Shown here one piece after another: positions 14,949 through 24,007 of a stretch of DNA of 64,000 nt. Origin of the DNA: Candidatus Zhuqueibacterota bacterium (GTDB lineage Bacteria > Zhuqueibacterota > Zhuqueibacteria > Oceanimicrobiales > Oceanimicrobiaceae). Every line of letters begins with the position of its first letter. Positions within the stretch are counted from its first letter, which is position 1. The DNA is taken from assembly GCA_029262055.1 (NCBI GenBank), contig JAJDAD010000002.1:66791-130790 (forward strand), in the 5' to 3' direction. A program made the translations under genes and the position numbers. The notes under the pieces were generated by a model. It saw nothing but the letters and a program-made list of their open reading frames with translations. It ran no database searches and was not told the DNA's origin.

Positions 14949-15037
14949 ACTGCTGCAGCGCAAGTACGTCCTGGTTGACCGCGACGGTATTATATGAACA
15001 GCACAGATAGTCCTGCCCTAACATACTTGAGGCTCAC

Positions 15038-15481
15038 ATGAAAGCAAATGACACCCCGGTTATTGTTGAACAGACCTTTAGCGCCACCATTGCGACTGTC
15101 TGGAGCGCCATAACGGAAGTCGACCAAATGCGCCAGTGGTTTTTTGAAAACATCCCGGCATTTAAACCCGAAGTCGGATTTGAGACCCAATTCAATGTGG
15201 AGAGCGAGGGCAGAAACTTCCTGCATCTATGGCAGGTGACGCAAGTCGTTCCCCTGAAAATGATCACCTGCAATTGGAAGTATGAAGGGTATGCGGGAGA
15301 TTCATTCGTCGCGTTTGAGTTGTTCGAAGAGAATGATTCAACCAGATTGAGGGTGACGCATCAAGTCACACAGAACTTCCCTGACGACATCCCCGAATTC
15401 TTGCGAGAAAGTTGTGTTGCAGGGTGGACATTCTTCATTAAAGAAAGGCTCGACGCGTTCTTGGCGCGTCCCCGGAGTTAG
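15038..15481 (+). CDS. SRPBCC/AHSA1 (START-like) domain protein
   Basis: 'VEQTFSATIATVWSAIT..DQMRQWF', 'STRLRVTH', terminal 'GWTFFIKERL' helix. Confidence 0.8.
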   Translation: MKANDTPVIVEQTFSATIATVWSAITEVDQMRQWFFENIPAFKPEVGFETQFNVESEGRNFLHLWQVTQVVPLKMITCNWKYEGYAGDSFVAFELFEENDSTRLRVTHQVTQNFPDDIPEFLRESCVAGWTFFIKERLDAFLARPRS

Positions 15482-15704
15482 CTGCCGGAGGGCGTCGACG
15501 TTGCGAGGACTGGTGACGGGAGTGTGTTTTCTTTCCATTCATCTTTCTAATCCACGGTCAAGAAGTGCGCTAATCCGGTGAATTGCATTTATAGTTAGTG
15601 CGGGAGAGCAACCAACCCGACGAGTAAGACGACGATTAGTAAAACAAAGCTGTGGATTCCTTCCCACTAAGTCATCCACAGTCCCCACAGCCAACACGGA
15701 GGCG

Positions 15705-17036
15705 ATGATGTGTACCTTTCCTTTTCGCAGTCTTGGATTCCTGCTAATCACTCTGACAATCCTCCTGCCGGCAGAGAGTGCGCTGAGCATCGACAAAGCA
15801 AAATGGGGCAAAGTGCCGAAAGCGCACCTCAGCATGACTTCCTACGCGGCTGACACTTCGGCGGTGGCGGTTAAGCTTTTTGACTTTGCTCAATATGAGG
15901 TCTTTCTGGAGTCAGAGGTGGAGTTTCATTTTAAGCACCACTACCGCATCAAGATACTGAAGGAGTCAGGCAAATCATACGGCGATCTGGCCCTGGTCTT
16001 CCGCGACAAAGATAAGATCCTGAATCTGAAAGCGCAGACGATTCTGCCCAATGGCAAGAAGCACAAGATAAAGAAGATCTACGAGGAGCAGCAAAAAGGC
16101 AGCTTCAAAGTCAGGAAGGGATCTTTCCCCGCGCTGGAAGTGGGCGCAATCATCGAAGTCGAGTATCAGGTCTTAAAGAACAACTACACGTTTCCACCTG
16201 TCTGGTATTTTCAGGATGAGCTGCCAACCCTGGAGTCAACGGTGACCATGAAGATGTCGACCGGTTTCATCTTTAAGGAGAACGTTCACAACGATTCTCG
16301 CAACCGTGTGAAGTTTTTTGAGGAAGAGTACATGAACCAGGGCGAGCGCAGAGCTTTGCCCATGTTTGTCTGGCAAGCCCGTAACTTGCCGGCGGTGAAG
16401 CAGGAGCCCTACATTTCGAGCCTGGACAACTACCGGGCGAAGGTTACGTTTCAGTTTTCGGCCTATCGCTACGGTCGAACCAATGTGCAGTTCATCAAGG
16501 ATCTGCCGACTCTGTGTAATGAACTGCTCGACGAGAGTGACTATCGTTCGTTCTTGAAGCCGGATTCAAAAGTCAAAAAGCTTGTTTCAAAACTGACCAC
16601 GGGCGCAACATCCGATCGGGAAAAGATGAAGCGTGTGTATGAATACGCAAGGGACAACTTACAGGAAGAAACGTACACCAGTTCTTTTGGCGCGGCAAAG
16701 ACCCAGAAGAGCGTCTTCAAGGATGGCACGGCATCGCCGTCTGAACGCAACCTTTTTCTATTGTCCATGCTGCGCGCTGCCGGCATCGGCGCCCGGCCGA
16801 TGCTGATCAGCACACGCAGTAATGGCCGGGTCGTTCCTGAACGTCCTTTTCTGCGGCAATACAACCGCACGGTGGTCTTTGCGATGGAAGGCAGAAAAAT
16901 CTACCTGATGGATGCCAACGATCGCTTCGTGCCGTTTGGGGATGTGCCCCCGGACTGCCTGGTGGATGTCGGCCTGGTGATCGAAAAAGACAACCCTCAG
17001 TTTTTGCGCAACCCGAATCAGGACTTGAAAAGCTAG
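15705..17036 (+). CDS. DUF3857 / transglutaminase-like domain protein, possibly C-terminally truncated
   Basis: Signal peptide, 'YAADTSAVAVKLFD', 'FPALEVGAIIEVEY', 'WYFQDELP', 'LPAVKQEPY', 'LRAAGIGARPMLISTR'. Confidence 0.7.
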   Translation: MMCTFPFRSLGFLLITLTILLPAESALSIDKAKWGKVPKAHLSMTSYAADTSAVAVKLFDFAQYEVFLESEVEFHFKHHYRIKILKESGKSYGDLALVFRDKDKILNLKAQTILPNGKKHKIKKIYEEQQKGSFKVRKGSFPALEVGAIIEVEYQVLKNNYTFPPVWYFQDELPTLESTVTMKMSTGFIFKENVHNDSRNRVKFFEEEYMNQGERRALPMFVWQARNLPAVKQEPYISSLDNYRAKVTFQFSAYRYGRTNVQFIKDLPTLCNELLDESDYRSFLKPDSKVKKLVSKLTTGATSDREKMKRVYEYARDNLQEETYTSSFGAAKTQKSVFKDGTASPSERNLFLLSMLRAAGIGARPMLISTRSNGRVVPERPFLRQYNRTVVFAMEGRKIYLMDANDRFVPFGDVPPDCLVDVGLVIEKDNPQFLRNPNQDLKS

Positions 17037-17288
17037 CAGCGCGCTCGCCAACCTGCTCGACAGGGATTGACAATGTCCCGGGAAACCGCTTGCATTTTTC
17101 TCATATGCGCCCTATTTTATACAACCCCAGTCCATTCAGTCCAGGACACTGTCTAACTTGTCTGTCATCGCTGTGGCATCCGCTGAGTGGATCGCTTTAT
17201 TTTGTTGCCGTGCTGGTCGATCCTGTTTAAATGTAACCTACTAGCCATCGTTTCACACAGGGATTCTTTATAGATCGATCTATACCGA

Positions 17289-18977
17289 ATGCAAAGTCTG
17301 ATTGACAAATTCCTTCTGAAGGCCCGGAAACTTGCGAGAGGCGAGTTTACGCCGCGTGATTCCTTTTCCCTTTCTCTGATTCTGCACGGCGCATTCTTTA
17401 TGTGTCTTGGTCTCCTTCTCGTCTGGTATGAGCCCACCGACCTGTCCGAAACTCCGCTGTCCATCGATTTTGTCTTTGTTCCCTCCGAGTCTGACACGGA
17501 GGCCCTGGAGGCGGGCCATGATTTGCGTCATGAGAAGCCCCCGGAAACCAGGCCGGCACAGCAGCAGGAAACGGGCCGGGTGCAACTCAAAGATGTAGAG
17601 CAAAGCCGGCAACAGCCTGCAACCGCCCTGACCAACCCGGACAGCTTCTCGCGCAATTTGCCGAGTGAAGCGAATTCTGATGAGCCCGGCCAGGATGCCG
17701 CAGAGGTCTCAGGAACGGAAAGCGATGAGTCGCAGCAGGACGTCAGAACGGCAGAAGCGGTCCGGCCTGAGCGCTATCTTTTGAGCTCGATCGTGCCGAC
17801 TTCTTTCTTGCGCCCGCCGGTCGACCTGGAAAAACGATCCGCTGTCAATGCCAAAATCTCGATGACCAGGAAAGAGCACAAGATGTTTCGCAAGAAGTTC
17901 AGAAAGTGGACCGAGGACTTCCACAAAATGGCGCAGCCGGACTCGATCATGACGTGGCGGCACAAGGGCAAAACATATTCGGCGTCCTTTCGCAACCGTC
18001 CGGCAAAGTCAAAGACTGACATCGATGAGGTCATGGTGGAAATCAGCAAAGTTGAAGACGGGCTTGCGCTCAACAGCCGCATGCGGATGAAGCGTCTGGC
18101 GTTTTCGAACTTTGCACAATTTGTAGATTTTTGGGACCCGTGGGTTGCCGTGCATGATGATGAGTTTGAAGGGCGGTTTCACGCGAATTCCCAGATCAGA
18201 ATTGTGTCGGCGCGCGGAGTCCAGCCCAAGTTTCATGGCAAAGTAACGACTGCTTCTACTCGTATCGATAGGAACGGCTCACCGTCATTCCTGGGGGATG
18301 AATCGACTTTTCTCGGGGGTCTTGAAACCGGGGTCAAGGCGATACGGCTGCCCCGCTATTTCCTGCCGTTCGCTACCGACTCGATCCCGGCGGGCGCAAA
18401 CCTGAAGCGATTTGACCAGGACACGCGCCTCGTCTTTCGTGCTGATGGCAGCTACCTGTGGAAAACCTTAGGGTCGGACGAGCCCGAGCAGAGGGTTGAG
18501 ATCGGAGAGGCCGCGGCCTACATACTTGGCCATAAGAAGAAAAAATTGCATGTGCGGGGCGTCGTGCGCGGCAAAGTCCTGATTTACTCGCCGGGTACGA
18601 TAATAATCGATGACGACCTGACTTATGCCCGCAATCCTGAAATCTCTGCCGTAGCTGATGACTACCTCGGCATCGTCAGCGACAGAGATGTTGAAATCGC
18701 ACATCCCTATGTCACCGGGCCGGGTGACTTGACTATCTACGCCGCCATCTTTGCCAAGCGTCGTTTTGTCGTGCGGCACCTGAGGGGCGGCGGCGATGAC
18801 ACGTTGTTCATTTATGGCAGCTTGACCGCCGGCTCGCTTTCCGCCACCGAACCGCGCTACGGAACCCGCATCCGGTTTGACAAACGGCTCGAGCGCAAAC
18901 GGCCGCCCGGCTTTCCGCTTTCTAACCGCTATGAAGTGTCTGAATGGCCTCGGGAGTGGGAAGTAAAGCAGAACTGA
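17289..18977 (+). CDS. Hypothetical membrane-anchored protein (N-terminal TonB-like anchor, low-complexity linker, beta-rich C-terminus)
   Basis: 562-aa ORF with 'SLSLILHGAFFMCLGLLL' TM helix and an acidic/Pro-rich linker; function not recognised. Confidence 0.6.
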   Translation: MQSLIDKFLLKARKLARGEFTPRDSFSLSLILHGAFFMCLGLLLVWYEPTDLSETPLSIDFVFVPSESDTEALEAGHDLRHEKPPETRPAQQQETGRVQLKDVEQSRQQPATALTNPDSFSRNLPSEANSDEPGQDAAEVSGTESDESQQDVRTAEAVRPERYLLSSIVPTSFLRPPVDLEKRSAVNAKISMTRKEHKMFRKKFRKWTEDFHKMAQPDSIMTWRHKGKTYSASFRNRPAKSKTDIDEVMVEISKVEDGLALNSRMRMKRLAFSNFAQFVDFWDPWVAVHDDEFEGRFHANSQIRIVSARGVQPKFHGKVTTASTRIDRNGSPSFLGDESTFLGGLETGVKAIRLPRYFLPFATDSIPAGANLKRFDQDTRLVFRADGSYLWKTLGSDEPEQRVEIGEAAAYILGHKKKKLHVRGVVRGKVLIYSPGTIIIDDDLTYARNPEISAVADDYLGIVSDRDVEIAHPYVTGPGDLTIYAAIFAKRRFVVRHLRGGGDDTLFIYGSLTAGSLSATEPRYGTRIRFDKRLERKRPPGFPLSNRYEVSEWPREWEVKQN

Positions 18978-18978
18978 C

Positions 18979-21900
18979 TTAGCTGAACAGCTCTTCGATA
19001 TCCCGCAAGGTTAGTTGTTTAAACAGGCCCGCACTGCTGGTGATAATGCTCGACACCAGCTCCTTCTTCTTCTCCTGCAAATGCAGGATTTTCTCTTCCA
19101 CAGTGCCCTTGCTGATCATCTTGTAGACAAAAACGTGCTTGTCCTGCCCGATGCGATGACTGCGATCGGTAGCCTGGGCCTCGACCGCCGGGTTCCACCA
19201 GGGATCATAGTGGATGACGTAATCGGCGGACGTCAGGTTTAAGCCCGTACCGCCGGCCTTCAGGCTGACGAGAAAGATCCTGCACGCCTCATCTTTTTGG
19301 AATCGCTCTACACATTCTTTTCGGTTGCGGGTACTGCCGTCAAGATATTCATACGGCGTGCCTTGCGCGTCCAGTTGTTTGCGCACAATGGTTAGCATCT
19401 TGACGAATTGTGAGAACACCAGGACTTTGTGCCCCTCGGCCAGCAATTCTTCGAGATACTGGTTCAACAAGTCAAACTTTTGCACCGGGCCCTTGAAGGA
19501 GTCCTCCACAAGGTGCGGGTGACAGGCCAGCAAGCGCAACTTGACGAGGCCTTCGAGGACGTTCATGCGAGATTTGTTTAAACCGGAATCAGCGATTTGA
19601 TTCAGAACCTGAGCCCGGTAGTAGTCTCGCCACTTGTTGTAAACCTTTTCATGCTGTGGCGCCATCTCCGCGTAAACGATGCTTTCAATTTTGGGCGGCA
19701 GCTCGGGTGCCACTTTTTCTTTCGTGCGGCGCAATAGAAACGGAAAAACCATTTTTTTGAGCAGTTGCGCGGCGGCTTCATCCTGTTCCGCTTCGATCGG
19801 TTTGGCGAATTCGTTCTTAAAATAACTCAAGCTGCCGAGCAGTCCCGGATTTAGAAACGAAAACAAGGACCAAAGCTCGATGGTGTTGTTTTCGATGGGT
19901 GTGCCGGTCAGTGCCAGCCGGTGCCGGGCCTGCAGGACTTTCACGGCCTTGGCGGTTTGCGACAGCGGGTTCTTTATGTTCTGAGATTCATCCAGAATCA
20001 CGTAATCAAACATAACATCCTTGAGGAAGAGGATGTCGCGACGCAAGGTGCCGTAACTGGTCAGCACGATGTCGTAGTCACTATAATTGATGCCGGTGCG
20101 GAGACGATCTGCGCCGGTTTGGTTTAAGACGCGCAAACCGGGTGCGAACCGTTCTATTTCGGCCTGCCAGTTGAAAACCACCGAGGTCGGTGTGATGATG
20201 AGGCTTGGCAAATCGATCTCGTTTTCAACTTGCCACTGCAGAATTGAGAGAGCCTGGACCGTCTTGCCCAGACCCATGTCGTCAGCCAGGCAACCCCCGA
20301 ACCGGTAGTTACGCAAAAAATGCAGCCAATGGTAGCCGGCTTTCTGGTAGTTCCGCAGGTCGGCGGAAAGATTTGCGGGCAGGTCATACTCCGCGATGCC
20401 GTCGAAATCTTTTAACTGTTCCAGCCGCTCTTCAAAGACTGTATCCATGTTTTTTTGGTGAGCAGCGGCAAACAGTTCATCAATCAGAGTTACATGAAAG
20501 CTGGAAAGACGCACCCCGTCCTGACGTTCTTCGCCAAGATTGATCACATGCCGAAAGCGGTCCAGCCATTCCCTCGGCATTTTGCTTACGCTGCCGTCTA
20601 CCAGTCGGACATACTTGCTATTTTTCTTCAGCGCCTTTTTGATTTCCGACAACGAGAGCATGACACCACCGACATCGATTTCCATTTGCAGGTCAAACCA
20701 GTCGATGTTAGATTTGGTGCTTACGCTTATCGAGGCGGAGGCTCTGTTTACTCTGAACCTGGATAAGCTCTCTTCACCGTAAACGGCAAATCCGTTCGAT
20801 ACGAGTTGCGGGATTTCGTCGATGAGCCATTCCAGGGTTTGATTGCTCCTGGTAGTAATGACTCCGGCCTTGGCGGTCTTGACACTGGTGCGCTGCAGGA
20901 GGGCGACCGCCTCGGCTTCACGCTTCTGGTCACGTTGTATTTTGATGAATGTGCTACCGTCTTCGTTACTGCTCCATACGGCCGGTCTTGTATCTCGCGC
21001 CAGAACCTCTACCGGGCCATATCCGAACCGGAGGTCTACTTTGATGCAATCGCCAAACTCTTCGAGGTAGAGGCGCTGTTCGGTGATCTCGCCGATGGTC
21101 TCGGTACCGATACCTTCGGGTACGCGAAAATGTTGCAGCAACTCAGATTGCGCCCCCAGAGAGTTTAGAAATGATGGCATGTCCTTGCGGGGAACCGTCA
21201 CCTTGTAGTTTTTTCTGAGGAAGGGAATCAGGCTTTCAGCATTGTGATCTCCGGCAATGCTGATGATGCTGCTTTCACGCAAAATCCAAACAGGATTGAC
21301 GGTCAGTAAGGTGAACGTGTGGTCGAGGATGTGCTCCGAGTCGTCGAGCAGCAGAAATGGCTGCAGGCGCAAAACGTCTCCTTCACCGAGCATCCGAAAT
21401 TCGATTCTTCCGCTGTTTTCCCCGACCTGGAGCCCGGTGCGTTTTTCCCCGTCCGACAAGTACAGGCGACTGTCTTGCAACATATCGAAAATGACGCCCG
21501 CATCCGCACCATCGACAAATCTGTATTGCACGGGGCGTGGGTCGTAGTAGGCGTTCTGTGAGCCGTTACGGTAAGACTTGTCCAGGTAACTTAGAACCAG
21601 ATTGTCGTGACGGCTGCGGCGCAGGTTGGGATTATTGAAGTCGGTGGTGGCGAGGCCGCGCGGGACTCCCATGCCTCCGTCTTTTTTAGCCAACCGCTTC
21701 TGCGGTTCTATACTCCAACCTTTTTGGCTGGTTCTAAGGACGAAGACCAGGTGCCAGAGACGGTCGTAGGCAGTGACATTTTCTTTTTCAGGTCTGATGC
21801 GCGACAGATAGTTTTGCCAACCTGATTTGATGTCCGCGTCTGCCACCAGGTCTATGCGGCGCCAGTCGATCGCCTCCAGGACTGTTGCTACGATGTGTTT

Positions 21901-22188
21901 GCAGATGCCGTTAAACGGGCAAGTGCACTCGGTATACTTGTAATCATTTTCAAGCCAAATCTCGACGTGGTAGGGGCTGGTTCCGCTTACTTCCGCCTCA
22001 ACAAACTCGGGGGTGATCACTTTGATTTGTACACGGCCTTCTGCGTGGTAGCTCTGGCCGCGCGCAAAAATATGGGGCGCAACAATGGCCCGAATGTCTT
22101 CAACTGCCAGGTTCATCTTGGCGCAAGTCTCCGGTGGTATTGGCAACAGGGCAAACCGGAATATACGACCGTCAATCCAATTGAGCAA
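18979..22188 (-). CDS. SWIM zinc finger + SNF2-family (SF2) helicase
   Basis: SWIM 'CTCPFNGICKH', 'LADDMGLGKT', 'ILDESQNIKN', 'LTGTPIEN', 'DPWWNPAVEAQATDRSHRIGQ'. The true start may be slightly downstream (MNLAVE). Confidence 0.9.
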   Translation of the reverse strand: MLNWIDGRIFRFALLPIPPETCAKMNLAVEDIRAIVAPHIFARGQSYHAEGRVQIKVITPEFVEAEVSGTSPYHVEIWLENDYKYTECTCPFNGICKHIVATVLEAIDWRRIDLVADADIKSGWQNYLSRIRPEKENVTAYDRLWHLVFVLRTSQKGWSIEPQKRLAKKDGGMGVPRGLATTDFNNPNLRRSRHDNLVLSYLDKSYRNGSQNAYYDPRPVQYRFVDGADAGVIFDMLQDSRLYLSDGEKRTGLQVGENSGRIEFRMLGEGDVLRLQPFLLLDDSEHILDHTFTLLTVNPVWILRESSIISIAGDHNAESLIPFLRKNYKVTVPRKDMPSFLNSLGAQSELLQHFRVPEGIGTETIGEITEQRLYLEEFGDCIKVDLRFGYGPVEVLARDTRPAVWSSNEDGSTFIKIQRDQKREAEAVALLQRTSVKTAKAGVITTRSNQTLEWLIDEIPQLVSNGFAVYGEESLSRFRVNRASASISVSTKSNIDWFDLQMEIDVGGVMLSLSEIKKALKKNSKYVRLVDGSVSKMPREWLDRFRHVINLGEERQDGVRLSSFHVTLIDELFAAAHQKNMDTVFEERLEQLKDFDGIAEYDLPANLSADLRNYQKAGYHWLHFLRNYRFGGCLADDMGLGKTVQALSILQWQVENEIDLPSLIITPTSVVFNWQAEIERFAPGLRVLNQTGADRLRTGINYSDYDIVLTSYGTLRRDILFLKDVMFDYVILDESQNIKNPLSQTAKAVKVLQARHRLALTGTPIENNTIELWSLFSFLNPGLLGSLSYFKNEFAKPIEAEQDEAAAQLLKKMVFPFLLRRTKEKVAPELPPKIESIVYAEMAPQHEKVYNKWRDYYRAQVLNQIADSGLNKSRMNVLEGLVKLRLLACHPHLVEDSFKGPVQKFDLLNQYLEELLAEGHKVLVFSQFVKMLTIVRKQLDAQGTPYEYLDGSTRNRKECVERFQKDEACRIFLVSLKAGGTGLNLTSADYVIHYDPWWNPAVEAQATDRSHRIGQDKHVFVYKMISKGTVEEKILHLQEKKKELVSSIITSSAGLFKQLTLRDIEELFS

Positions 22189-22408
22189 TCGAATTTAAAG
22201 GAAAAGCAGGTTGATCTACCCCAAAGACGCCTGCAGGTGTATCGGATGTTCGTGGGAACACCTTCAGTTTCTCCTCGGCTGACGGCGTCTCGCTGAGCCT
22301 GTCACAAGTTGGTGGGAAAGCTTTCGCGCCAGACTCCAACAGCATGGAGCCTGGCGCGGGGATTCATCCGGTCATGGCACAGGATGAACAGCCTGGGAAG
22401 TTTGAGGG

Positions 22409-23614
22409 TTAGATGGCGTGTAAATCACGCGGGGACAGGCCGTGGAAACCCAGCCAGGGGAGCAGCCAGTTTCGGAAAAGCCGCGGACGCATGCTGTTCG
22501 ACGCGCGCAACTCTTCGGAAGCCGATAAGAGCTGTCTCAGCCGTTGCAGCGCCTGCGGTCGCGTTGCCGGATGCTTGATTTCACGCGTGCCCTGCAGGAC
22601 CAGCACCAGCGGATTATCCGGACGGGCAGCTTTGGCTTTGGTAAAAGCCTTCTTCGCCTGCTTCGAAAACACTTTGTGGCTTGCGCGATCCAACATAAGC
22701 TCGAAGTGCCTGGCCTGTATTGCATAAACGTTGGCGCGCAACGCGTAGAGATCGGATTCCTCACCCAGTGTTTTTACCGGGAGCCTCTGCCACGCCAGCT
22801 CTGCAAACTGCGAGGCCGTCGCCAGGTGGTCATGGAAATTGCGCGCGGATGAGTTTTGCCACGAAAGAAGGGCAGCGTGACAGTACGCGAATGCGGTCCA
22901 GTATGCGGCTAGCCATTTTTCGGGCTTCTTGTGCGCTATCTTCTCGAACCCTTTTGCAATCTTCAGGCAGTCCTGGTACGAATCCACCCGTTCAATAGCG
23001 GCGATGGCCTCTTGCATTTGTGTGACAAAGTCTTTTTTGGGTCCGATTCCGAGCAGGGGAACGCCTCCTTTAGGCGGGCAATTGCCGCGGCCAAAACCGG
23101 CTACTTTCAGAATACCGCTATTCAGAGCTTCGAGAGTGGCTTTGGTATCGGGAGCGATTCCCGGTGTGGGTGAGAAGGCGCCCACTGCATCTGCCGGCAG
23201 TCGCTGCCGAATAAAATGGAAGCTGGAACGCATTTGGTCCAACATGCTCAGCGACGCCAGAAGAACCTGGTCGCGTTGCGGCGAGGTATTGCCGGTCTCA
23301 GTCCGGCTTTGTCCGTTGGTAGGTGAGGAGTTCGGCTGCAAGATCTCGTCGTCTTCTTCGGAATGCTCAAGATTGGTAAACTTTTCGGAATTCGAGCTTT
23401 TGTCGAACGCGACCTCCTTATGCACTTCCAACTCGAATGCTATCTCATACTCGGTTGGAGATGGCAGACCGGTGATTTTCTCGAATTCAAACCTGCTCAG
23501 GAATGCCGCCAACAGCAAATGCATGCTGATAGAAACCAGTAGTGCCTGCTTGCGCGTAATGCGCAAGGAAGATACTCGGGCCGTCCAGTCGTAGTTGGCT
23601 TTGTTGGGATTCAA
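22409..23614 (-). CDS. Hypothetical membrane-anchored protein with C-terminal helical/TPR-like region
   Basis: 401-aa ORF with N-terminal 'ALLVSISMHLLL' TM helix and an alanine-rich helical C-terminal half. Confidence 0.5.
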   Translation of the reverse strand: MNPNKANYDWTARVSSLRITRKQALLVSISMHLLLAAFLSRFEFEKITGLPSPTEYEIAFELEVHKEVAFDKSSNSEKFTNLEHSEEDDEILQPNSSPTNGQSRTETGNTSPQRDQVLLASLSMLDQMRSSFHFIRQRLPADAVGAFSPTPGIAPDTKATLEALNSGILKVAGFGRGNCPPKGGVPLLGIGPKKDFVTQMQEAIAAIERVDSYQDCLKIAKGFEKIAHKKPEKWLAAYWTAFAYCHAALLSWQNSSARNFHDHLATASQFAELAWQRLPVKTLGEESDLYALRANVYAIQARHFELMLDRASHKVFSKQAKKAFTKAKAARPDNPLVLVLQGTREIKHPATRPQALQRLRQLLSASEELRASNSMRPRLFRNWLLPWLGFHGLSPRDLHAI

Positions 23615-23692
23615 TTTCTACACCACCGGTTCTTGACCACGTTTGCGCGACAGGGTTACCGATAAACTGTGCTGCCGGGTTTACCTAACTTT

Positions 23693-23962
23693 CTAATATT
23701 TCGCTGTTTCATGAATAGCAAATTGTCAGGTTTCACAGAAGCTAAGCAAATCCCCTCTCTCCGGGAGGGGACAGATTCAAACTCGCAGAGAGTTTGAATC
23801 AGGGGTGGGTGCGTGATCAGCGGCAGGCAGGCCTACCCACCCCGGTTCAAGACGCTGAACGCGATTTTGAACCTGCCCCTCCGCGCGCGTTGCGCGTTTG
23901 GAGCGGATTTAGATACCAAAAACAATTTCCTCAGAAGGAGGAAGCCAAGTGAAAAATATTAG
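23693..23962. repeat. Palindromic MITE-like repeat family R2, copy 1
   Basis: Core about 23750-23910 matches about 61080-61237 (gggaggggacagattc..aactc..gagtt..gaatcaggggtgggt ... cctccgcgcgcgttgcgcgtttggag). Degenerate termini ctaatattt / aagtgaaaaatattag. Confidence 0.75.
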
Positions 23963-24007
23963 TAACTTAATTACAATTACAGTGTTAGCCTATTCCTTTG
24001 CACGCTG

